DNA from: an uncultured bacterium
GTDB taxonomy: Bacteria > Desulfobacterota_D > UBA1144 > Nemesobacterales > UBA2774
Length of the DNA stretch: 64,000 nucleotides
Direction of reading: 5' to 3'
Assembly: GCA_963825135.1 (NCBI GenBank)
Contig: CAWGRW010000010.1
Span: forward strand, 64,001-128,000
Below are positions 52,857 through 62,304 of the stretch, in pieces (position 1 is the stretch's first letter; each line of letters opens with the position of its first letter). Under the pieces are notes generated by a model, which worked only from the letters and a program-made list of their open reading frames with translations, did not search any database and was not told the DNA's origin. The translations under genes and the position numbers were made by a program.

Positions 52857-54420
52857 TGCGGCACACAATGTGTGCTCATATATGATCCTTCCGAAACTCT
52901 TACGCTCAAACCAGCAACGTAGCCAAACCCGTTCGTGCTGAGCTTGTCGAAGCACGTACACACATATTGCGGCACACAATGTGTGCTTTACGATCCTTCC
53001 GAAACTCCTACGCTCAAACCAGCGACATAGCCAAACCCGTTCGTGCCGAGCTTGTCGAAGCACGTTACCGACATTACAGAATTTGCGGCGGGTGAGCACC
53101 CGCGGGCATACGATCTCAAACATCTCCTTTCCTGTCATTTCGAACGCAGTTCAGCGTGCGCGCAACTGGTGACGTTGTTGATTGCAAGTAACTCTAATTG
53201 ACACCGTACACGATCTGCACAATCCAAAACGAGAAATCTGTCTTTGCCTTTGGTATTAATTCCCTCCTTAAAAAACGATCGAACGGGCGAGCATTCGGAC
53301 CTATCTCAAAGAGCACAGAAGTAACTTACCTTCCAGCTCCATCCTTCTGAAGTCGTTAGGGGGATTAGCTTTACCCCGTTCGTGCTGAGCTTGTCGAAGC
53401 ACGTACACACATATTGCGGCACACAATGTGTGCTTTACGATCCTTCCGAAACTCCTACGCTCAAACCAGCGACATAGCCAAACCCGTTCGTGCTGAGCTT
53501 GTCGAAGCACGTTACCGACATTACAGAATCCGCGGCGGGTGAGCACCCGCGGGCATACGATCTCAAACATCTCCTTTCCTGTCATTTCGAACGCATGTTG
53601 CAGCGTGCGCGCAACTGGTCGACGTTGGTTGATTGCAAGTAACTCTAATTGACACCGTACACGATCTGCACAATCCAAACGAGAAATCTGTCTTTTGCCT
53701 TTGGTATTAATTCCCTCCTTAGAAAAAGGAGGGCTAGGGAGGATTTAGCTTTACCCCGTTCGTGCTGAGCTTGTCGAAGCACGTTACCGACATTACAGAA
53801 TTTGCGGCGGATGAGCACCCGCGGGCATACGATCTCGAGCATCTCCTTTCCTGTCATTTCGAACGCACGGGAGAAATCTGTCTTTTGCCTTTCCGACATT
53901 ACAGAATTTGCGTTTAGAAAATGGATTGTACGAGCGTTAAGAATCTTACGCCGTTCGAGCGAATGCAAGTCGAAGTACTGTTACCGAGCGTTGCGAGAAT
54001 TAGCGTCGAATCGCGCCGATTGTACGAGCGTTAAGAATACTTCATGGAAACCGAATGCAAGCGAGCGCGCATTCGGACACCCTCTCCTATCCGCACGACG
54101 TTAGTTAGCCACGGACATCGCTAAACTATTGCTCCGATGGGGCGGAATTGGAAGATTTAGCGAGTACATGAGATTTTTAGCACAATTCTGTAGTCGGATG
54201 ATTTTTGCTTCTTTTCATCAAGGAAAAGAAGGATAAAAAAACAGCCTCTCACCGTCTTCTAGTCTTTTCATCTGATCTTTTCATAGACCACTTCACTAGC
54301 GTGCACGGTGTGCTTTCATAATCCAACACTATGCGTGTTCATCGAGGAAAAGAAGAGAGCAATCTCGCCTTTAATTGTTTCCTTTGTCTTGCCTTTTCGG
54401 AAGACCACACTATGTGTGCC
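52843..54420 (+). repeat. Mosaic repeat array with about 400-bp tandem units (noisy sequence)
   Basis: Units start near 52928, 53376 and 53755. Confidence 0.85.
53143..53229 (+). mobile_element. About 90-nt nested insert, type H
   Basis: Inside GTCATTTCG...GAGAAATCT; second copy at 53590; empty site at 53853-53880. Confidence 0.5.
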
Positions 54421-54724
54421 CTTCCATGCCGGTTAAACCCGGACTCCCCCCCAACCTTCCCCTCCCGCCAAACCCCCCGCCAAATCCGGCTTACCCCCCT
54501 GTCCGGCCGGGCCTACCTGTCAGAAGCCCTGTAAAATCCGGCATCCCCGGCCCGCTTACTTTAACTTTAAAGCACAACCCGCTCAAAAAGCTAGACCGGA
54601 AAATTTTAAAGCGCAACTTGTCCGTCCGAGGGCGGTTTCCCGTCAGTTTCGACACTACAGGGTTTTACAGGAAATTTACCAAAGTGCCCGTTTTACGGGC
54701 TTTTGGGCGCGGGAAGGCCGCTAT

Positions 54725-55510
54725 TTACTTGTTCCCGTCGTCCTTGGTCTCGGGGAAGAGATCCCCTTTTATAAGATTAATACCGTCCTGAAGGTATCTT
54801 ATCTCCTTCATGGTTATGGAAGTGGGTATCTGGATGGTAGCCACCTCACCGCTCCCCAGGGTCAGGTCGAGCCTCCTGAACGACCCCGTGGAGGCCGTGC
54901 CGCTCTGCTCATGGATCATCACGTCTATAATTTCGGAGCCGGTATCCTCACCGTACATGACGTTGTCCGGTAAAATTTTAGCGAAATTGATGGTCGATTT
55001 CAGGTTATTGATAAACGTCCTGGCCCCGTTTTTGGTAAATCTCGTGTTGGCGAAGCTGTTCTGCCAGATGAGGTCCCTTTCGAGCACGTCGTTGTTCGGA
55101 AGCCCCTTTGACTTATAGTGCTGCCACACCTCGTTGAAGAGCTTGGGCTCGAGCGCGGCCGCCCGGAGCAGCTTCACATTGTCGGGGGCCTTCTCCAGGA
55201 TCCTGTACCCCCTGTCCGACACGGCTACCCGCCTGTTCTCGCCCTTTCCCGTGGACTCTAACACACCGTAGTAGGTTAAAGCCGCAATAAGCTGTCTGAC
55301 ATAGCTATTATATTTGGGCAGGCCCCACCTGGCTATAAGCAGGTTTACGGGGATAGGCGCCCTTTTATCGACCGAATAAATCCTCTCCGTAAGCTCGAGA
55401 GCTTTCTCCAGGTCTATGCATGGAAAGTTAGGACTCCTTTTCTTGCTCTTCCCGCTCGAGATTCCTTCAGCCGGCGCCTTGTATTTTGATTCGGGATTTT
55501 TGTCGATCAT
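54725..55510 (-). CDS. Hypothetical protein, probable winged-helix DNA-binding
   Basis: RSPNFPCIDLEKAL...IAALTYYGVLE...VSDRG pattern. Confidence 0.6.
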   Translation of the reverse strand: MIDKNPESKYKAPAEGISSGKSKKRSPNFPCIDLEKALELTERIYSVDKRAPIPVNLLIARWGLPKYNSYVRQLIAALTYYGVLESTGKGENRRVAVSDRGYRILEKAPDNVKLLRAAALEPKLFNEVWQHYKSKGLPNNDVLERDLIWQNSFANTRFTKNGARTFINNLKSTINFAKILPDNVMYGEDTGSEIIDVMIHEQSGTASTGSFRRLDLTLGSGEVATIQIPTSITMKEIRYLQDGINLIKGDLFPETKDDGNK

Positions 55511-55581
55511 AAAGCCGGTTCTCCGGTTTAAAAATAGTGCTCCGATAAATATAATCTATCTGCCGTTGAAATCAAGCAACC

Positions 55582-55645
55582 CTGACAGAAAAATTAACAG
55601 GTAAATACTGTTGACAGAAATCTGTTAGTATTGTATTATGTCAGT
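55582..55645 (+). promoter_or_regulatory. Sigma70 promoter with repeated T(G/A)ACAG operator half-sites
   Basis: TTGACA(55611)-17 bp-TATTAT; TGACAGAAATCTGTTA and AACAG-N7-CTGTT palindromes. Confidence 0.6.
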
Positions 55646-55850
55646 AATTACGCAGAAAGGGAGGATTGAATAGATGAGAAAATAGACCCCCGTCATACAA
55701 GTGCAATATGGTTGTCGTTGCATGACGGGCTATTTTACAGCAGCGGAGGTTATAGTCGGCCCGATATAACATTCCAGCTGCGAGACGACCGAGTTAGTAA
55801 GTCTATTGTCTTATATCTGTAAAAATCCACTTTAAACAGGAGATCAGTAA

Positions 55851-56108
55851 ATGGCTACAAAAAAACCAGCTAAGAAGGCAGTAAAGAAAGCGGCTAAGAA
55901 GCCTGCGAAGAAGACTTCGAAGTCGAAGTCAGTACGTCACTCGGTAGCTTTTATGGCGACAGCGAAGAAAGCGGCGCCGAAGAAGAAGGCAGCTCCGAAG
56001 AAGAAGGCGGCACCTAAGAAGGCTGCTCCTAGGAAAGCTGCGCCGAAGAAGAAAGCAGCGGCAAAGAAGGCCGCTCCGAAGAAGAAAGCAGCAGCTAAAA
56101 AGAAGTAA
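55851..56108 (+). CDS. Histone H1-like Lys/Ala/Pro-rich nucleoid protein
   Basis: Repeated KKAAPK units; SD AGGAG; own terminator. Confidence 0.85.
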   Translation: MATKKPAKKAVKKAAKKPAKKTSKSKSVRHSVAFMATAKKAAPKKKAAPKKKAAPKKAAPRKAAPKKKAAAKKAAPKKKAAAKKK

Positions 56109-56117
56109 GATTTGAAC

Positions 56118-56151
56118 AAAAGGGGCGTGATCCTTCACGCCCCTTTATTTT
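56118..56151 (+). terminator. Intrinsic terminator, probably bidirectional
   Basis: AAAAGGGGCGTGA-tcct-TCACGCCCCTTTATTTT. Confidence 0.85.
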
Positions 56152-56206
56152 CCAACGATTAAAACATCTAGTGCGATTTAGTCCCCGAACGGGCCCGGGC
56201 GACTCT

Positions 56207-56755
56207 TCAGCGGTGTAATTTAGAATACTCCTCGATCCTCTTTATCTGCGCCGGCGTAGGGCGTATGAACGGGCGCACCCTGCGAATCTTCTTCCACGCG
56301 TCCTCGGGCGAGTTCCCCCTGCTCACCAGGTAAGCGGCCGCCATCGCGGCGCTCCTCCCGATACCCTCCCAGCAGTGCACGTACACCTTGCCGCCGCCGT
56401 CAATCTCACCCGTAATGAATTCGACTCCTTTCGCGAGGTCCCTGAGCGTGGGAGCGCCGTGGTCGTCGGTCGGGAGTCTCAGGTACTTGAGCTCATGGAT
56501 TTTCGCGAGCTTGGGGTAGTCGTATTCGCTCCGCATATTCACGACGGCGGTGATGCCGTGCGTCCTCATCGTCTTCATCCCCGCCCCCCTCGGCTGCCCG
56601 CCGATCCATAGCTCCCCGGTAACCCTGCAGAACCTCGTGAGCGGCCCGCCCGTCACGTACCTCGTGAGCTTGTCGTACGCGGCGAGGATACCTTTCTTCG
56701 CGCCCTGGTATTTGAAATGGAGATAGAGTCTCCTCATTTCGGTAAAAAAGCTCAT
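56207..56755 (-). CDS. Dual-specificity (Cys-based) phosphatase
   Basis: LPTDDHGAP, VYVHCWEGIGRS, IRRVRPFI. Confidence 0.9.
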   Translation of the reverse strand: MSFFTEMRRLYLHFKYQGAKKGILAAYDKLTRYVTGGPLTRFCRVTGELWIGGQPRGAGMKTMRTHGITAVVNMRSEYDYPKLAKIHELKYLRLPTDDHGAPTLRDLAKGVEFITGEIDGGGKVYVHCWEGIGRSAAMAAAYLVSRGNSPEDAWKKIRRVRPFIRPTPAQIKRIEEYSKLHR

Positions 56756-56765
56756 CCCGCCTCCA

Positions 56766-57707
56766 TTATACGTCCTTTCGGGCCGGGGCCGCAACGAGCA
56801 GCGCCTTGGGCTCGAGCGTGACCGTAAGAGGGAAGCCCGAGTCTATCGGCTCGCCGTCGCAGGCGGCTATCTGCGGCGGATGCGGCTTTACCGACACCAC
56901 CCGCGCCGTGCACGTGTACAGGGTGAAATGCCTCCTCTCCCCCCACTCCTTCTTTCCGGAAAAAACGCTCAGGAGCGCGTGATAGGCGAGAGAGCCCACG
57001 GCGCGGAGAGTCGCCTGCTCCAGGACGATCACGTTCAGATATCCGTCGGAGGGATCTATCTCGGGCATGAGCTTCACGCCCGGCACCCCGAGGTTCCCGG
57101 AGTTGCATACGACGCACGTAACGCCCTTCACCCATTTCTTGCGTCCGTCTATCTCGAGTTCGTAGAGGATCGGGTTCGCCCGGCGGCCCCGGTCAAATGC
57201 CGTCCACAGGTAAGCCAGCGCGCCGAGCCTGTTCTTGAGCGCGGGGTCCGTCTCGACCGTCATCGAGGCCTCGAGCCCTATTCCTACGCGCAGCAGAAAA
57301 TGCCTCCCGCCGACAGACCCCACGTCTACGCGCCTCACTTCGCAGTCTTCCCCGAGCAGGAGGTCGAGCGCGGCCCCGCTGTCGTAAGGCACGCCGAGCT
57401 CGGCCGCGAAGACGTTCGCCGTCCCCTCGGGTATCACGCCGAGCGCCACGCCCGTCCCGATCAGTCCCTCGGCCGTGCCGAGCACGGTCCCGTCCCCCCC
57501 GGCCGCGATTACGAGGTCGGCCCCTTCCTCGACGGCTCTCCGCGCGAGTACTCCGGGCCCGAGGTCGGGCTCGGTGAGAACGATCTTGAAGGCGGCGTCG
57601 GAGGCCTCGAGCTTCGACCTGATCATATCGACATCCACCGGAGACCGCCCCGACACCGGGTTTATGATGACGTGTATATTCCTGAATCTCATATTGCCGC
57701 GACTCAT
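56766..57707 (-). CDS. Diacylglycerol/lipid kinase, YegS/DgkB family
   Basis: IINPVSG, AAGGDGT, IPEGTANVFA, DGE. Confidence 0.92.
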   Translation of the reverse strand: MSRGNMRFRNIHVIINPVSGRSPVDVDMIRSKLEASDAAFKIVLTEPDLGPGVLARRAVEEGADLVIAAGGDGTVLGTAEGLIGTGVALGVIPEGTANVFAAELGVPYDSGAALDLLLGEDCEVRRVDVGSVGGRHFLLRVGIGLEASMTVETDPALKNRLGALAYLWTAFDRGRRANPILYELEIDGRKKWVKGVTCVVCNSGNLGVPGVKLMPEIDPSDGYLNVIVLEQATLRAVGSLAYHALLSVFSGKKEWGERRHFTLYTCTARVVSVKPHPPQIAACDGEPIDSGFPLTVTLEPKALLVAAPARKDV

Positions 57708-57774
57708 TTTTTATCCCCCCCGCTCAAGCTAATAATTTAACCGCTACCCGTTGACCCTTTATAATTATTTTACT

Positions 57775-58606
57775 TCCCCATATTAATGGGAGGGTCCGGG
57801 TGGAGGTCTACCTCATTATTTTTGTCATTGCAACGGTTCTGATGAATAAGAAGAACCGGTCGCTGCTGGCTGATTGCATTCAAGCTGCTGTGCCATGGGA
57901 CGAACCCGCCAAATATAATCCGCGAAGCAGCGCGGCAATCTCGTCTTTTGCAATTAATTCCCTCCCCCTCAATAGGAGGGGGGAGGGTCAAGGGTGGGGG
58001 GTTTACATTACAATCCAATCAACCAAGAAAGTCTTCTCTTCCCGACATTACAGAATTTGCGTCAAGAAAATCGATTGTACGAGCGTTAAGAATCTTACGT
58101 GGGCTGGGGTTGAATTGGAAGATTTAGCGAGTACATGAGATTTTTAGCAAATTCTGTAGTCGGATGATTTTTGCTTCTTTTCATCAAGGAAAAGAAGGAT
58201 AAATAAAACAGCTTTTCACCTTTCTTTGTTTTTTCTTTTCGAAAGTTCACACAACGTGTGTCTCTACGACTCTTCCGTGACTCCTCAGCTCAACCAACAA
58301 GCGAAGCCAAACCCGTTCGTGCTGAGCTAGTCGAAGCACGTTACCGACATTACAGAATTTGCGTCAAGAAAATCGATTGTGCGAGCGTTAAGAATCTTAC
58401 GTGGGCTGGGGTTGAATTGGAAGATTTAGCGAGTACATGAGATTTTTAGCAAATTATGTAGTCGGATGATTTTTGCTTCTTTTCATCAAGGAAAAGAAGG
58501 ATACAAAAAACATCCTCTCACCTTTCTAGTCTTTTCATAAAACACACAATGTGTGCTTCTTTTTTGCTTTATCTCACCAAGCACAATGAAACACATCGCG
58601 GCAATC
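57775..58606 (+). repeat. Mosaic palindromic repeat array
   Basis: Insert A; cores near 58042 and 58344; ends at the next stop codon. Confidence 0.9.
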
Positions 58607-59317
58607 CTATTCCTCCTCCCTCCCCTTTCCCCAATCACTCTGCCAATACTCGTACGTGTCCGCGTCCATTATAGTGAGCCTCCCGTAGGTCCCCGCGCCT
58701 GTGTCGAGGTTCCAGAGGTTGGCCCTCCTCACGGGCTTTCCGTCCGGGTACTCGCGCAGAGTCTTCGTGTGCCCTATGAACACGTCCCTGTAGGGGAACC
58801 TGAGCCCTCCGATCTCGTAGATCGGCGCGAGTATTGCGTACGTCTTTCTGTCCGAGTAATAAACGTCCGGGTCGGGCTGCTTGTAAAGCGGGTAATCCCA
58901 GTCAAGGCCCGCGTGCACGTAGAGCCTCGCCGCTTCGTCCACGTGATAGAGGACGCACTTTTTCGAGGCGAATTCGAGGTGGCTTTTCATGCGCCGGCGG
59001 TCGCTCTTGGTCTGCCCGCCGCCGTATGAATACATTATCGTAACAAGCTCCTCGAATTTCCAATCGCCGAGCGTCCGCTTCCCCCTCCACTCTCCCCGGA
59101 GCCAGGACAGCGCGAGCGCGTCGTGGTTCCCGAGACACCAGACGAGGTCCCTCACCTTCATCAGCTCCTCCACGCACTCGGCCGAATAGGGATGGCCGTT
59201 GTACACGTCGCCCAAGGTTATGAGCCTGTCCTTCTCCGGGTCGAAGCCCGAGCGCTTGAACACCTGCCTGAGCGCGCTCAGGTTCCCGTGTATGTCCCCT
59301 ATGACCAGCGTACGCAT
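58607..59317 (-). CDS. Metallophosphoesterase (PPP/ApaH-like)
   Basis: GDIHG, LGD, GNHD, HAG, GHT, LDTG. Confidence 0.92.
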   Translation of the reverse strand: MRTLVIGDIHGNLSALRQVFKRSGFDPEKDRLITLGDVYNGHPYSAECVEELMKVRDLVWCLGNHDALALSWLRGEWRGKRTLGDWKFEELVTIMYSYGGGQTKSDRRRMKSHLEFASKKCVLYHVDEAARLYVHAGLDWDYPLYKQPDPDVYYSDRKTYAILAPIYEIGGLRFPYRDVFIGHTKTLREYPDGKPVRRANLWNLDTGAGTYGRLTIMDADTYEYWQSDWGKGREEE

Positions 59318-59405
59318 CCAAGCAGTATTCTCGTTCCCGCCGCCGTTTTCAACCCGGAACTTTTTCTTCCGTATTTACTATTCGCATCCCATCGCTAATA
59401 TTTTT

Positions 59406-60270
59406 GTCATTGCAATGGTTCCGATGAATAAGAAGAACCGGCCGCTGCCGGCTGATTGCATTCAAGCTGCCGTGCCATGGGACGAACCTGCCAAATAAAA
59501 TCTGTGAGAGCAGCGCGGCAATCTCGCCTGTTCCTTTAATTCCCTCCCCCCTCCATAAGGGGGGAGGGTGCGGGTGGGGGGTTTACCTTAATATGCCTGT
59601 CAGCCTTTTCTTCCCCGACATTACAGAATTTGCGGCGCACACGCACATAGTGCGTTTCTATGATTCTTCCGTAACTCCTACGCTCAAACCAGCGACGTAG
59701 CCCAATCCGTTCGCCCCGAGCGCACACGAAGTGTGCCGTCGAAGGGTCTCTTCCCTTCAATTTCCCCCTTAGAAAAAGGGGGATTAAGGGGGATTTAGTC
59801 TTTTCTTTTTCCCCGACATTACAAAATTTGCGGCGGGTGCTCACCCGCACATTAATTCCCCTCTCCCTTGAGGGGAGAGGGTGAAGGGTGAGGGTGTACC
59901 TTATCACTACTATCAATCTAGAAGTCTTTTCTTCCCGACATTACAGAATTTGCGTTAAGAAAATCGATTGTACGAGCGTTAAAAATCTTCCACGGGGTGG
60001 GGTAGAATTGGAAGATTTAGCGAGTACATGAGATTTTTAGCAAATTATGTAGTCGGATGATTTTTGCTTCTTTTCATCAAGGAAAAGAAGGAATTAAATT
60101 AGCCTTTGTCTTGTCCTTCCTTAGTTTTGTCTTTCCGAAAGATCACACTACGTGTGTTCATCAAGGAAAAGAAGGATTAAAAAAATATCCTTTCACCTTT
60201 CTTGTCTTTTCATTACCTTTTCATAGACCATTTAGGCGCACGGTGTTTTATAAACTACACTACGTGTGTG
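59406..60270 (+). repeat. Mosaic palindromic repeat array
   Basis: Insert A; core at about 59935-60056. Confidence 0.9.
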
Positions 60271-60373
60271 CCTTTTCTCAGTCTCTTTCTCGGCGTCAGC
60301 CAATCCCGGGATCCCTTCTCCCCCGCAACAAATTCCCCTCAAAAAGAGTTAATATATCCCGAGGAGGCATCAC

Positions 60374-60607
60374 ATGAAGACAGACACATATACGAAAATC
60401 ATTCTCACGGTAATAGCGGTCGCGCTCTGGGGCATATTCCTGAGCCCCTACTTCCGCGCGAACGATTCGGCGGCGACGACCGGGATCATCGACGTCAATC
60501 TGAAGCAGATCGACGGCTCGAGCATAAACAAAGTTCTCGACGTGAACATAGAAGAGGTGAACGGAAGCTCCGTTTACAACTCGCTGCCCGTCGAAATCAA
60601 GCAGTGA
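60374..60607 (+). CDS. Small membrane-anchored protein with duplicated DVN(L/I)xx(I/V)(D/N)GSS motif
   Basis: SD GGAGG; DTYTKIILTVIAVAL TM segment. Confidence 0.75.
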   Translation: MKTDTYTKIILTVIAVALWGIFLSPYFRANDSAATTGIIDVNLKQIDGSSINKVLDVNIEEVNGSSVYNSLPVEIKQ

Positions 60608-60687
60608 GCTAACTCGTTACCCGCTCCGGCGGCATTGAATAGACGCCTCGTATATCGTATAATTGTGGCACTGTAAGGTCTTGGAGG

Positions 60688-61470
60688 ATGTCCGAAATGC
60701 CGCATATACGTGGATTGGCAATCTTTTTTATAACGCTGCTGTCCATATCAGCCGTCGCGGTATTGATAAGCGCGGATACCTCTCAGGCCGTGGTCACCTT
60801 CACATCTAACCGCTCGCAGTTCTTCAACGACAACCCCGGACTTCTCTTGCAGACATTCGAAAGCGGCAACGTCGCGCAGGGAGAGATCGTGGGTTGCAAC
60901 ACCCCTGTGGACAGCAATTCAAACGACGATTGTTTTTCTCCCGGAGACATACTGCCGGGAATAGCGTTCAACACTGACCCCGACTTCGGTGGTACTATCC
61001 TTTCCGGGCCGTTCCTTTTTTCGAACCTGAATCCCGAGAAAGTCCTATTGCCCGACGGCTCCCTCCAGAAGAGCGTGATAACGTTTCCCGGGAATAGTGT
61101 AAATGCCGCGGGTCTCGAGCTGGGCTGCCTGTTCGATCAGGGTTTCGGACTTCCATGCACCGGACAGACCATGCTCGTTCAGGTTTTCGGAGCGGGAAAT
61201 GCCCTGCTGGGCGAAACCATAGTCCCGGTTGACAGCACATTCGACACGTTTGTCGGGATCACCTCCGATGCGCTTATCGAAAGGATTACATTTATAGACG
61301 CTGACCTCATTACACAGTTGAGCTTCAACGCCGTCGAGAAGGTGTATTTCCCGAACGTTAACATTCAGCGAGTCCCCGCGCTCTCCCAACTGGGCACGGC
61401 CGCACTCGTGCTCATCCTCGCCGCCGCCGCCTTCATCAGGCTCCGCCGCAAGACCGTGCTCCGCTACTGA
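60688..61470 (+). CDS. IPTL-CTERM sorted surface protein
   Basis: Signal peptide; C-terminal VPALSQLG + TM + RLRRK. Confidence 0.8.
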   Translation: MSEMPHIRGLAIFFITLLSISAVAVLISADTSQAVVTFTSNRSQFFNDNPGLLLQTFESGNVAQGEIVGCNTPVDSNSNDDCFSPGDILPGIAFNTDPDFGGTILSGPFLFSNLNPEKVLLPDGSLQKSVITFPGNSVNAAGLELGCLFDQGFGLPCTGQTMLVQVFGAGNALLGETIVPVDSTFDTFVGITSDALIERITFIDADLITQLSFNAVEKVYFPNVNIQRVPALSQLGTAALVLILAAAAFIRLRRKTVLRY

Positions 61471-61572
61471 CCCTTGTGCGTCTCCTTCACCACTAAACAT
61501 CCCTGTCCTCCCCTTCCCCTCCTCGTGCACCGGCGGTATCATTACTGAAAATCCGCACGGAGGCTGCGCGCA

Positions 61573-62304
61573 ATGCCGGGATTCCATCACCCGCTCAAGA
61601 ACGGACACACGCACGAAGAGATAACGGAGATATTCCGCCGCCACTGGGACGTATACAGAAAAGTGCTCGAGCACGACTACATGTCCCACAAAGCCGTGTA
61701 CGGAAGATTGCGCGACATACTCAACACCGAAATCGGCCCCTCGTTCTCGTTCGCCGACCTCGCCTGCGGCGACGCGTACTGGTCCTCGCGCTGCCTCTCG
61801 GAAACGGAAATCGGCGAATACACGGGCATAGACCTCTCCGAATGGGCGCTCGAGCTCGCGAAGAAGGAGCTCGAAAGGATTCCCGTTGAACCCAATCTCG
61901 TCACAGGCAACTTCGAGGAGTTCGATAAATATATGGACTCTCCGCCCGACGTCGTGTGGGTGGGGCTCTCGGTCCATCACCTGGTGACGGACGAGAAAGG
62001 CAGGTTTATGAAAAAGGTACGGGGCACGCTCCCGAAAGACGGCGTGTTCATGATATACGAGCCTACGCTCACCGAGGGCGAAGACAGGACGGCGTACTTC
62101 GATAGATTCAGCGAAGTGGTCAGGCGCACCTGGACCGGACTCACCCCCGAGGAGCTCGACATAGTTTTCGACCACGTGAAAAAATCTGATTTGCCGGAGC
62201 AGCCCTCCGACTGGATAAGTCTCGGCAGACAGGCGGGATTCAGCACCGCGGAGGAGGTCTACACGGACCCGAGCGGCCTCTACACCGTATTCAAATACGA
62301 GTAG
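61573..62304 (+). CDS. Class I SAM-dependent methyltransferase
   Basis: DLACGD, YTGIDLS, LSVHHL. Confidence 0.9.
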   Translation: MPGFHHPLKNGHTHEEITEIFRRHWDVYRKVLEHDYMSHKAVYGRLRDILNTEIGPSFSFADLACGDAYWSSRCLSETEIGEYTGIDLSEWALELAKKELERIPVEPNLVTGNFEEFDKYMDSPPDVVWVGLSVHHLVTDEKGRFMKKVRGTLPKDGVFMIYEPTLTEGEDRTAYFDRFSEVVRRTWTGLTPEELDIVFDHVKKSDLPEQPSDWISLGRQAGFSTAEEVYTDPSGLYTVFKYE

